Shown here: one piece after another, positions 16,010 through 23,976 of the stretch | Position numbering within the stretch: the stretch's first letter is position 1 | How the letters are laid out: each line of letters starts with the position of its first letter | Assembly (NCBI RefSeq): GCF_000019605.1 | Contig: NC_010482.1 | Span: 540,001 to 572,000, forward strand | DNA from: Candidatus Korarchaeum cryptofilum OPF8 | Lineage (GTDB): Archaea; Korarchaeota; Korarchaeia; Korarchaeales; Korarchaeaceae | Direction: 5' to 3' | DNA length: 32,000 bases | The notes under the pieces: generated by a model | What the model saw: the letters and a program-made list of their open reading frames with translations, nothing else | Database searches by the model: none | What the model was told of the DNA's origin: nothing | Program-made: the position numbers and the translations under genes

Positions 16010-16375
16010 TTAGGAGCCCTCCAGGAACTTCCACTCCTTTATCCCTGTGAATGCGCTTAAGATACCAGCTATCCTATAGTTGAGGCTATCGGGAGAATCC
16101 GGATATTCTATCCAGCATGCCTTAATGACCTTTTTGATCTCCTCGAGCATCTCTTTATCGCTACTATTCGTGTTGATCGAGAAGCCCATATTCGTAACTT
16201 TTCCCTTCTCATCCATATTGTAGAATAAGTTCACCAGGAGATAGCTCTCATCCTCTTGGACTTTCTTCATGTCCCCAGTGTAATTTTCCTCCCATTTTAT
16301 CTTGCTCCTCGGAGTCACTATGAAGCCCTTCCCGGAGCTCCACTTATAAAGGAGATCGAGCCTATAGGCCTTCAA
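16010..16375 (-). CDS. Hypothetical protein, paralog B of the 12710..13147 family
   Basis: 121 aa. The TTG start at 16375 is preceded by a strong SD-like GGGAGGGGGG (reverse complement of 16379-16388). By hand alignment it is roughly 40 percent identical to paralog A over about 105 aa. Confidence 0.55.
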   Translation of the reverse strand: MKAYRLDLLYKWSSGKGFIVTPRSKIKWEENYTGDMKKVQEDESYLLVNLFYNMDEKGKVTNMGFSINTNSSDKEMLEEIKKVIKACWIEYPDSPDSLNYRIAGILSAFTGIKEWKFLEGS

Positions 16376-16519
16376 GGTCCCCCCTCCCGCATCGATTGAG
16401 GATAAATAAAAGGTTTGCAGCCAAAAATTTAATGTTAATAACGCTCGCTTCCATCGACCCTTCAGTCAGATCAATCTTAAGGCTACTCTAGATCGTGAGA
16501 TTAAGAGCATTGAAATCGT

Positions 16520-17365
16520 TTAAATGTCCCTCAGCTTCGGAAGGGCATCCTCCTTCAGGAATGGCAGCCTGGATCTCGATATCAAGATGGGCGATCTCAT
16601 CCCCTCCAGATACCTTAAAGCTATGGCCTTACCGAAGCTCGTGAGGACGAACACTGGTATGTGTACCCCGAGCTGGATGAGTGCTCTAGGCCCTATTCTC
16701 TCCATAACTATTCTAGATGCGCTGGCGCAAACTATATCTGCTTTCTCAAGGTAAGGGACATCCTCCTCCCTCACTAACGTATTGCAAGTTGAAAATATGG
16801 CCAATTTCACAGACTCAGCTGATTCCATAGCCCTGAGCTCCTCTATATCTCGGGCCATGGGCCCTATCACGGTGACAGCTATCCTCTTGAACCCCATCTC
16901 GATAGCCCTCCTGACAGCGGCTACTTGATCTATCCTAGGATCCTCGAGCGTGACCCCTCCCATCTCCCTTATCCTCTCTATTATCTCCGGGATAGGAACT
17001 GTCTTGAGGAGCCCGTTCATCCTAGCTCCTATACCCTGCACGAGCTTCGGGTTCCGGGTTATGACCGAGCCCGCACCATCGCATACTACAACTGCGCAAT
17101 CTATGAGATCCCCCATCACGGAGCTTATCATCTCCGAACTCCCGAATGGGACAGCTATATCACTTTCGAGGGATCTATGGGGACAGAAGAACCCAAATTC
17201 CCTTATCTTATCCTCCAGAATCCTTTTCACTGCCTCCCTATCTATATTCTCGATCTTATAGACTGCCCTGACGTAAGGGCAGCTGGAGACAGCCGGGTCC
17301 GTGAGCACCTCGACCTCGCACCCCCTCACTAATACCCTGGCCCCCCTGCAGAGTAGCTCATGCAT
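16520..17365 (-). CDS. Conserved cytosolic hypothetical protein (possibly DUF2099 / methanogenesis-marker-8-like; recollection only)
   Basis: 281 aa and soluble-looking, with Rossmann-like stretches (DCAVVVCDGAGSVI, IAVTVIGP). The start lies 4 nt after the stop of the LysO large subunit gene, so it is the third gene of a tight minus-strand operon. Confidence 0.45.
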   Translation of the reverse strand: MHELLCRGARVLVRGCEVEVLTDPAVSSCPYVRAVYKIENIDREAVKRILEDKIREFGFFCPHRSLESDIAVPFGSSEMISSVMGDLIDCAVVVCDGAGSVITRNPKLVQGIGARMNGLLKTVPIPEIIERIREMGGVTLEDPRIDQVAAVRRAIEMGFKRIAVTVIGPMARDIEELRAMESAESVKLAIFSTCNTLVREEDVPYLEKADIVCASASRIVMERIGPRALIQLGVHIPVFVLTSFGKAIALRYLEGMRSPILISRSRLPFLKEDALPKLRDI

Positions 17366-17369
17366 GAGA

Positions 17370-17945
17370 TCACCCTAAGCTCGAGAGGAATGAGATTGCT
17401 AGAGGTGTAATTAAAGTTAGTATTAGCCCCGATATGAAGGACCTGACTCCGCTCTCAGGACCGCAGGCATCGACTACGAAGGGGAGGAACGTGTCCATTG
17501 AGGCAGCGCCTCCGCAGGCTATCAGGGCATTGCATCCGATCTTAGATATCGTCCTATGGAAGATGAGGGAGATCATCTCCCTGAGGAGGTTCGAGAGGAA
17601 TGCTAGAGCTCCCGCATAAGCTCCCAGCAAGCTAGTTACCAGGGGGCCCGCTAAAGTGTACCAACCGAAGCCAGCGGCTACGCTCAGCGTGACCTTCAGG
17701 GGGAGCCCTATTAGGGGCGAGATCAGGGAGGCGGCTGCGAGGGTCCCGACGACAGTTACGAGGGGGAGGAGGAGATCATCCTTCCCTATCCTAACCCTCT
17801 CACTTCCTATCTCGAGGCCTATGAGGAAGAGCATTATGTAGAGGAGGTAGCTCACTAAATCCCTCGCGAAAGTTATTCTGAACTGATAGCCGATTATCAT
17901 CCCCGAAGAGAGTAAGATTATGGGTGCTATGGAGTATCTCATCAT
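17370..17945 (-). CDS. LysO-family (DUF340) exporter, large subunit
   Basis: 191 aa with about 6 TM. It has the FLIGLEIGSE motif characteristic of LysO/YbjE-like proteins. Its start overlaps the small-subunit stop (ATGA at 17942-17945). Confidence 0.6.
   Translation of the reverse strand: MMRYSIAPIILLSSGMIIGYQFRITFARDLVSYLLYIMLFLIGLEIGSERVRIGKDDLLLPLVTVVGTLAAASLISPLIGLPLKVTLSVAAGFGWYTLAGPLVTSLLGAYAGALAFLSNLLREMISLIFHRTISKIGCNALIACGGAASMDTFLPFVVDACGPESGVRSFISGLILTLITPLAISFLSSLG
17798..17828. repeat. 31-nt perfect direct repeat, copy 1 (inside the LysO large-subunit gene)
   Basis: TCTCACTTCCTATCTCGAGGCCTATGAGGAA is identical to 18046-18076. On the minus strand it encodes FLIGLEIGSE. Confidence 0.9.
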
Positions 17946-18178
17946 CTCAGCCTCCTGAGGAGGTAGAGAGCTATTATGCTACCGGAGATCGTTGAGAGGG
18001 CAATAGCTAACGATTGAAGTATCATCTCAGGCAAAGCCGAAAAGTTCTCACTTCCTATCTCGAGGCCTATGAGGAATATGAGGGAATAAGCTAGGGGGCG
18101 GAGAAAGCGCTCGATGGGGAACTTTAAGAATCTTGATAACAGCAAGCCAGCCGCCAGGCAGAGTATCACTTCGAGCAT
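17942..18178 (-). CDS. LysO-family (DUF340) exporter, small subunit
   Basis: 78 aa with 3 TM. It carries the same FLIGLEIGSE motif. The small-plus-large gene pair arrangement is common for this family. Confidence 0.55.
   Translation of the reverse strand: MLEVILCLAAGLLLSRFLKFPIERFLRPLAYSLIFLIGLEIGSENFSALPEMILQSLAIALSTISGSIIALYLLRRLR
18046..18076. repeat. 31-nt perfect direct repeat, copy 2 (inside the LysO small-subunit gene)
   Basis: It is identical to 17798-17828, and the copies are offset by 248 nt. Confidence 0.9.
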
Positions 18179-18264
18179 AGGGAGCTCTGAAGCCTCAGAT
18201 ATAAATCGTTAACAGTTAATTCGTCGAACCCAAAAGTTTAATAAATTTAATAACTGTAGTTAAG

Positions 18265-18705
18265 ATGGTGGTGAGTACGGAGTACAAGGATATCGAGATA
18301 AGGGCCTCCGGGAGGAGAGTATCCCCTACCATGAGCGAAGTTAGATGCGGGAACTTCGAGCTATCAATTGATAAGCTCGGTGGAGAGGCCCCCAGCCCGC
18401 TCGATCTGATGCTCGCTTCACTGATAGGCTGCTTGAACATAACAGCTACGCTAGTAGCTAACGATATGGGAATAAAGATAGAAGATGCTACTTTCGAAGC
18501 GATCGGTATATTCAATCCATCCGTCTTCTACGGCAAGGAGGGGCAGAGAGCTGGATATAAGGAGATAAAGCTATTATTCCGCGTTAAGAGCGATGCCGAT
18601 GATGAGAAGCTGAAGGAGTTCATCAGGAGAGTTGAGGAGAGGTGCCCTGTGAGCGATAACATAGCTAATATCACTCCATTGACCGTGAAGGTTGAGAGGA
18701 TCTGA
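18265..18705 (+). CDS. OsmC/Ohr-family peroxiredoxin-like protein
   Basis: GGEAPSPLDLMLASLIGCLNITA and ERCPVSDNI carry the two conserved Cys contexts of OsmC. Length is 146 aa. Confidence 0.8.
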   Translation: MVVSTEYKDIEIRASGRRVSPTMSEVRCGNFELSIDKLGGEAPSPLDLMLASLIGCLNITATLVANDMGIKIEDATFEAIGIFNPSVFYGKEGQRAGYKEIKLLFRVKSDADDEKLKEFIRRVEERCPVSDNIANITPLTVKVERI

Positions 18706-18732
18706 ATTTTTAATTTTTTGAGGCGGATTTCT

Positions 18733-19527
18733 ATGATCGTGGATCTCGATGATAGGAAGGAGCTCGGGAGGACGGGAGAGAGGATAGCGGCAATAGGGAT
18801 CGGTACCTGGGGGATCAGGGATAAAGAAAGCGCTAGGAAGGCCCTTAGAAGGGCTATAGAGCTGGGATTGAACCAGATTGATACGGCGGAGATGTACTCA
18901 ACGGAGGGGCTCGTCGGGGAAGTGGTCAGGGAGTTCGGCAGGGATGAAGTTTTCGTGACGACTAAGCTGCTGCCTAAGCACTTCAAGAGTGAGGATAGCG
19001 TTATAAAAGCGGCTAGAGAGAGTTTGAGGAGGCTCGGTTTAGATAAAGCGGATCTCATCCTGATACATTGGCCTAACGAGGGAGTTAGCATAAAGGAGCA
19101 GATTAGATACTTGGAGAGAGTAGCTGAGGTGGGGATCTGCAGGCACATAGGGGTGAGCAATTTCGACGTTAGAGAGCTGGAGGAGGCGATATCATCCACC
19201 AGAAGGTTTGAAATAGTCGTGAATCAGGTCAAGTACAGTCCAATTGATAGGAGAGTTGAGAAGGATCTTCTCCCATTCTGCATAGAGCACGGGATAACTA
19301 TACAAGCTTACACACCGCTTGAGGGAGGGAATGTAACTAAGAGTAAGATTTTGAGGGATTTAGCCGTGAAATATGGGAAGACTCCCGTCCAGATAGCCCT
19401 GAATTATTTAATATCTCATGAGAGAGTCACGGCCATCCCTAAGACAGAGAGGGTGGAGAGGGTCGAGGAGTTCAGGGGAGCTCTTGGGTGGAGGCTCGAG
19501 GTAGAGGATCTCCTAGCAATTCATTGA
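18733..19527 (+). CDS. Aldo/keto reductase
   Basis: AKR motifs present are GIGTWG, IDTAEMY, LILIHWP, IGVSNF, NQVKYS and AYTPL. I prefer ATG 18733 (MIVDLDDRKELGRTGE) over the track TTG at 18718. Confidence 0.85.
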   Translation: MIVDLDDRKELGRTGERIAAIGIGTWGIRDKESARKALRRAIELGLNQIDTAEMYSTEGLVGEVVREFGRDEVFVTTKLLPKHFKSEDSVIKAARESLRRLGLDKADLILIHWPNEGVSIKEQIRYLERVAEVGICRHIGVSNFDVRELEEAISSTRRFEIVVNQVKYSPIDRRVEKDLLPFCIEHGITIQAYTPLEGGNVTKSKILRDLAVKYGKTPVQIALNYLISHERVTAIPKTERVERVEEFRGALGWRLEVEDLLAIH

Positions 19528-20125
19528 GTAGCTCGAGTTCCTTCTGAGTATTTATGTTGAGGAAGCTCCTGAGCTCGGGGTCCACTCCCCTTATCTCATC
19601 CATAGAGACGTATACGATATCCATCGACTCTATCGCACATCTCACCCTCAGATCCGACTTATTCCAGCAGTCCAGGATGCTCTTCCTCAAATCATCCGTC
19701 TTATAAACCGCTAGTAGGGGCTCTATCCTCCCATCCTCCCAGATGGGAACGGCCCCTCCCCTCCCCCTAGCCCTCCTGAGGAGCAGTATTATGAGCTCGG
19801 GGTCCACTAAAGGGGAGTCGCAGGGCAGCACAGCTACGTAATCAGTCTTCACCTCAGCTAAGGAGCTCATCAAACCGACGATCGGTGCATAAATTTCGTG
19901 CTCATCCACTACTATCTCAGCATCTGGAAACAATTTGGAGTAAATCTCAGGGTCCGATTTGACTGATATTATCAATCTCTTTGATAAGCTAGAGACCCTC
20001 TCAACTAAATAGGAGAGCAGGGGCCTCCCTCTGACCTCATAGAGGGCCTTGCTCCCACCGAACCTCTCGCCCCTCCCTCCAGCCAATATCAGTAAGGTCA
20101 CTTCTTGCATTGAAGCCATTGACAT
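19472..20125 (-). CDS. mobA: Molybdenum cofactor guanylyltransferase
   Basis: LLILAGGRGERFGGSKALYEVRGRPLL and AVLPCDSPLV are MobA signatures. The 24 N-terminal residues of the track ORF overlap the divergent rhomboid promoter, so a start at ATG 20125, 20119 or 20110 is more likely. Confidence 0.75.
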   Translation of the reverse strand: MSMASMQEVTLLILAGGRGERFGGSKALYEVRGRPLLSYLVERVSSLSKRLIISVKSDPEIYSKLFPDAEIVVDEHEIYAPIVGLMSSLAEVKTDYVAVLPCDSPLVDPELIILLLRRARGRGGAVPIWEDGRIEPLLAVYKTDDLRKSILDCWNKSDLRVRCAIESMDIVYVSMDEIRGVDPELRSFLNINTQKELELLNELLGDPLPRASTQELP

Positions 20126-20174
20126 GAACTCCCAAAAAGTTTTTTTAAGTTGGGAGGCCCATAAAAGGATCTCT

Positions 20175-21533
20175 ATGGGGCTAGGCATACCTACCACTAT
20201 GCCCGAATTCAGGCCGAAGCATAGGGCTACGATCTCCCTGATAGTGATAAACTCGATAATATACCTAGCTACATCCTATAACAACTTCTTCCTCAGCGTG
20301 AGCGACTACTGGGTGACAGTCGGAGGGTTCTCGCCCTCACTCCTCACCCATACGGACCAATGGTACAGGTTCCTCACATCCATGTTCCTGCACGCCGATA
20401 TCTTCCACATATTCTTCAACATGTATTTCCTCTTCTTCGCAGGTAGGGCTGTTGAGGATGCTTTAGGCTCAACTAGATTTATCTTCCTCTACCTGATCTC
20501 GGGCCTAGCTGCATCGATCTTCCACTCAGCTTACTCATTCATAGGAGGGCTCACATCCTACGCTATACCTGCGATAGGGGCTTCTGGAGCTATAAGCGGA
20601 GTTTTAGGAGCTTATCTCCTGTTCTACCCCGGGACATCCTTAGTAGTCTGCATCCCAGTTTTCTTCTTCCCCCTCTGCTTCCCGATGAGGGCTTCCCTCT
20701 ACATACTCTTCTGGTTCGCGATGCAGGTTATATACGGCTTCGCTAGGATCGCTGGCGGTGTCGCTGTCTTCGCTCACGCAGGCGGATTCCTCGCGGGGAT
20801 AGCTTTACTCCCTATACTCGCGAATAGGAGGAGAATAGGCCTCCTCAGGATCATAACTCATGCGACATCGATACCCTTCCTCAGGCTCCCCTCCTCATAC
20901 TACAGGGGGCTGAGCTCGACGACTAAGGCGGTGATGAGCTTCCTCACTATAGCCTTGATACTGGGAGGGGCTTATACAGTCATAGCTGCACCCAGCGTCG
21001 GGAGGGTGAAAGTAGCGACGATACAATACACGCTGGATGGTACGCCTTACATAGACTATGTAGCGTTCAGACCACCTGATTTCGAATCCTACAGGACCAC
21101 TATGGCCCTGCAGGAGACCAGAGTCCTCCTGAATAGGTTGGCCGCAGCGAGTCTCCTTTATGATCTTAAGAAAGCCTCGAAGACCATAGAGATAAGGGAT
21201 CAGGAGATAAGGACCGAGCATGAGATCTCCGTGGGTGGGAGGACTGTTAAAGTATCCGTCGATAGCAGGATAGAGTACTTCAGAGGCAGTTATGGGAAGG
21301 ACGGTATCCTGGCTCAAGCCAATGGGACTTTGGTGACGAGGGTCATTTACATAACTCAGACGAATTACTACTTGAGCGATCCCGTGAGATATGAATTTCT
21401 TGTGAATTCAATGGACGTTAACGTTGGGTTCATCTCCAGGTATACGGGTCTCCTCTCACTCCTCATAGCCGCTATAGCTCAGCTCACATTCTTAACGAGG
21501 GATTGGGAGTTCTCGATAGTGGCTGAAGAATGA
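20175..21533 (+). CDS. Rhomboid-family intramembrane serine protease with a roughly 220 aa C-terminal extension
   Basis: Rhomboid motifs are HADIFHIFFNMYFLF (HxxxN), GASGAISGVLGAY (GxSG) and FAHAGGFLAG (catalytic His). The start is probably ATG 20175 or 20199, not the track start at 20049. After the core come an extra TM, a soluble segment of about 170 aa and a final TM. Confidence 0.8.
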   Translation: MGLGIPTTMPEFRPKHRATISLIVINSIIYLATSYNNFFLSVSDYWVTVGGFSPSLLTHTDQWYRFLTSMFLHADIFHIFFNMYFLFFAGRAVEDALGSTRFIFLYLISGLAASIFHSAYSFIGGLTSYAIPAIGASGAISGVLGAYLLFYPGTSLVVCIPVFFFPLCFPMRASLYILFWFAMQVIYGFARIAGGVAVFAHAGGFLAGIALLPILANRRRIGLLRIITHATSIPFLRLPSSYYRGLSSTTKAVMSFLTIALILGGAYTVIAAPSVGRVKVATIQYTLDGTPYIDYVAFRPPDFESYRTTMALQETRVLLNRLAAASLLYDLKKASKTIEIRDQEIRTEHEISVGGRTVKVSVDSRIEYFRGSYGKDGILAQANGTLVTRVIYITQTNYYLSDPVRYEFLVNSMDVNVGFISRYTGLLSLLIAAIAQLTFLTRDWEFSIVAEE

Positions 21534-21644
21534 CCTCCGTTTAAGATATTACCATATCAACTTGTCGAGAACTCTTTTCCTTTAAAAGATTTTTACATTA
21601 GCATATTACCGCTATAAGCTCAAGTAAAAATTTTTTCTCTAAGA

Positions 21645-21779
21645 TTAGAGCGTATCTCGGAGGAAAACTTTATAAGTAAGCGATATCGTAAAGGGAGTCC
21701 ATCCCCCGAGTATCACCTTCCTTATCTGGAGATCTAACTGCTCCACCTCCCCATCCCGATGGAGCAAGATGAATCTCAT
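21645..21779 (-). CDS. Candidate micro-ORF (44 aa) in the rhomboid/larA spacer
   Basis: The ATG at 21779 is preceded by a TATA-like GGATAAATTG centred about 27 nt upstream, consistent with a leaderless transcript. The translation is MRFILLHRDGEVEQLDLQIRKVILGGWTPFTISLTYKVFLRDTL with stop TAA at 21645-21647. It sits in a GC-richer island of an AT-rich 298-nt spacer. Codon usage resembles the neighbours. No homology is known to me. Confidence 0.2.
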   Translation of the reverse strand: MRFILLHRDGEVEQLDLQIRKVILGGWTPFTISLTYKVFLRDTL

Positions 21780-21831
21780 ATGAAGGGGAGAAAGCTTTTC
21801 AATTTATCCTTTCCATGAGACAGGTGAGACC

Positions 21832-23052
21832 TTGAGGATAAGCGTCCCTTACGGAAAGGAGCTTATTTGGGCCGATGTTCCGGAATCCAGGCTCATGGGG
21901 GTCTTCGAAATAAATGAGCCTGAAGTAGCTGGAGATGTCGTGGAGGAAGCCCTGAGGAATCCGATAGGGAGGATGCTGGAGGATTACGATGCTAGAAGAG
22001 TGCTAATTGCAGTGAACGATGCTACGAGGCTCACACCGACTCCAATGATCTTGGATCGCGTATTGAGGAGGGTTAGGGGGGAAGTCAGGGTGATAGTGGC
22101 GACTGGCTCCCACAGGGCGCCTACTGAGGAGGAGTATCGGGATATAATACTCGGGCACCATTACGATAGCTTGAGAGGAAGGACTATAGCTCATGATGCT
22201 AAGAGGAGCGAATTCCTTGACTTGGGAGAGACTAGCAGAGGAACTCCGATCCTAGTGAATAAGGAGGTGTTTGAGAGCGATCTACTGATCACCATAAGCT
22301 CTGTAGAGCCTCACTACTTCGCAGGTTATAGCGGGGGGAGGAAGATGTTCGCCCCAGGCCTCTGCATGTACGAGACCATAGAGAAGAACCATAGAATGGC
22401 TTTACTCCCGGAAGCAGCCCTCGGAAAGCTAGATGGCAATCCGGTGCACGAGGATCTGGAGGAGATAGCTAAGGCTATAGCTGAGAGAGTCCCCATATTC
22501 TCTATAAATACTGCGATAAGCGGAGGCGGCGAAGTCTGGGCTGCGAGAGCTGGCGATCCCTTCGAATCCTTCTACTCAATAGTTAGGGAAGTGGAACGTT
22601 ACTACTCAATCTACCTCCCCAGGGAGGCTGAGATAGTGGTGGCTGTAGCCCCCGGGCAGATGGGCATAGACCTCTATCAATCGCAGAAAGCCCTAGAAGC
22701 AGCTAAGCTAGTGACTAAGGGCGGGGGGATAATAATACTAGTGGCCCCCTGTTGGGACGGCATAGGCCCCAGGAACTTCTACGATCTCCTCACTAGCGGG
22801 ACTAGGGAGGAGGTGAAGAGGAGGATATGGGACTACAAATTGGGTTATCATAAGGCAGCTAAGTTCTTGGATGTCCTGGAAAGGTTCAATGTTTACGCTG
22901 TCACTGATCTCGATGAGGAAGTTCTGAGGAGGATAGGGATAAGGCCCTTCAGGAGCTTGCAAGAGGCTTTGAATGAGGCCCTATCCACTGTGAGCGGGGA
23001 GGTAGCCGTCCTCCCCGAGGCTAGCGTTTGCATCCCCAGGTTAAAGGGCTGA
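21832..23052 (+). CDS. LarA-like nickel-pincer-dependent racemase/epimerase family protein (DUF2088)
   Basis: The N-terminus is MRISVPYGKE. VIVATGSHRAPTEEE and EPHYFAGYSGGRKMFAPG match the LarA catalytic His and Lys contexts. It uses a TTG start. Length is 406 aa. Confidence 0.7.
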   Translation: MRISVPYGKELIWADVPESRLMGVFEINEPEVAGDVVEEALRNPIGRMLEDYDARRVLIAVNDATRLTPTPMILDRVLRRVRGEVRVIVATGSHRAPTEEEYRDIILGHHYDSLRGRTIAHDAKRSEFLDLGETSRGTPILVNKEVFESDLLITISSVEPHYFAGYSGGRKMFAPGLCMYETIEKNHRMALLPEAALGKLDGNPVHEDLEEIAKAIAERVPIFSINTAISGGGEVWAARAGDPFESFYSIVREVERYYSIYLPREAEIVVAVAPGQMGIDLYQSQKALEAAKLVTKGGGIIILVAPCWDGIGPRNFYDLLTSGTREEVKRRIWDYKLGYHKAAKFLDVLERFNVYAVTDLDEEVLRRIGIRPFRSLQEALNEALSTVSGEVAVLPEASVCIPRLKG

Positions 23053-23946
23053 GAGTAAGTAGAGCCATAAGTTGAGGTATATCGGGGCTAAGATCGAGGT
23101 AAGGGCTATCTGAGCTACTACCTCCTCCTTATAGAACTCGTACTCATTGCTGAATACACCTAGGAAAATAGCTACTGGCATGGCGCTCATGATAACGAGG
23201 ACGCTGAGCTCTATGATCTCAAGATGGAGGATCAGGCCTATTATCATCGAGAGAGTCGGAGATATGAAAGTCTTCAAGAGGAAGAGAGATATCTTAGATT
23301 TTCTTATGGAACTTAAGCCCGGAATTGATGCTCCTATAGATATCAGAGCTAAGGGAGATGCTGTAGAAGCTAATGAATCCAGGAAGAGTGAGATGGGCTG
23401 GGGGAGGCTCAATTTGAGGATCGATGCAGATAGCCCGAAGGCCACTGAGATGAGGAGAGGATTCCTCAGGGCCCTAATCGCGGAGCTACCTCCCCTGAGG
23501 CTCTCGAGCATCGGTATGCATACGAAGGAGGCGAAGAGGAAGGTGAGGACCCATAGGAATATTGAGAGCTGAAGCGGTTTCCCCTGCCCAAAAGCCAAGC
23601 TTACGAAAGGTATACCGAAGAAGCCAGTATTTCCGAAGTTAGCTATCAGTATGAGGAGGTAAGCTCTCTCCCTCCCCCATCCTAGGACCTTAGAGAGGAG
23701 GAATATCGAGAGGGAAATCAGGGCCATGGATAGCGCATAGGAGAGGGATGCCCTCAGGAAGCCCATATCTAACTGCACCTTCGAGAGGCTCGTAAAAGCT
23801 AAGGCAGGCATTCCCACATACATAACGTACTTGAAGATGACGTTCTCTTCTCCTCTCCTCAGGAGATTTGTGTATATGAGGGAGTAGCCCAAGAGGAGTG
23901 AGAGCAGCACGTATAATGTGGCGTCAAGAGAATTTACGGTCTCCAC
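23041..23946 (-). CDS. AEC-family (auxin efflux carrier-like) membrane transporter
   Basis: 301 aa with about 10 TM and two homologous halves. Its 3' end overlaps larA convergently by 12 nt. Confidence 0.6.
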   Translation of the reverse strand: METVNSLDATLYVLLSLLLGYSLIYTNLLRRGEENVIFKYVMYVGMPALAFTSLSKVQLDMGFLRASLSYALSMALISLSIFLLSKVLGWGRERAYLLILIANFGNTGFFGIPFVSLAFGQGKPLQLSIFLWVLTFLFASFVCIPMLESLRGGSSAIRALRNPLLISVAFGLSASILKLSLPQPISLFLDSLASTASPLALISIGASIPGLSSIRKSKISLFLLKTFISPTLSMIIGLILHLEIIELSVLVIMSAMPVAIFLGVFSNEYEFYKEEVVAQIALTSILAPIYLNLWLYLLSAL

Positions 23947-23976
23947 ATGCCGGCCTTATAAGTAAAAAATATAATC

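Noticed and set aside
16376-16519. A 30-codon upstream frame (MEASVINIKFLAANLLFILNRCGRGDLEGL) that might extend paralog B by a frameshift
   Set aside because: It has no similarity to the N-terminal extension of paralog A. Paralog B also has its own strong SD plus a TTG start, so no frameshift is needed.
18216-19199. Two long antisense ORFs (99 aa and 223 aa, minus strand) opposite the OsmC and aldo/keto reductase genes
   Set aside because: The plus-strand genes carry unmistakable family motifs. The antisense translations are Ser/Leu-rich and low-complexity, as expected from the purine-rich codon bias of this genome. The same applies to 1098..1325, 3134..3328, 3708..3975, 4281..4487, 5447..5899, 6063..6527, 7083..7409, 7494..7742, 8237..8975, 9356..9544, 13301..13489, 13731..13946, 14237..14479, 14759..15184, 14852..15076, 15255..15452, 16524..17332, 17434..17841, 20895..21317, 22003..22194, 22738..22962, 23147..23572, 24070..24384, 24786..24983, 28281..28478, 29044..29409, 29622..29834 and 30820..31005.
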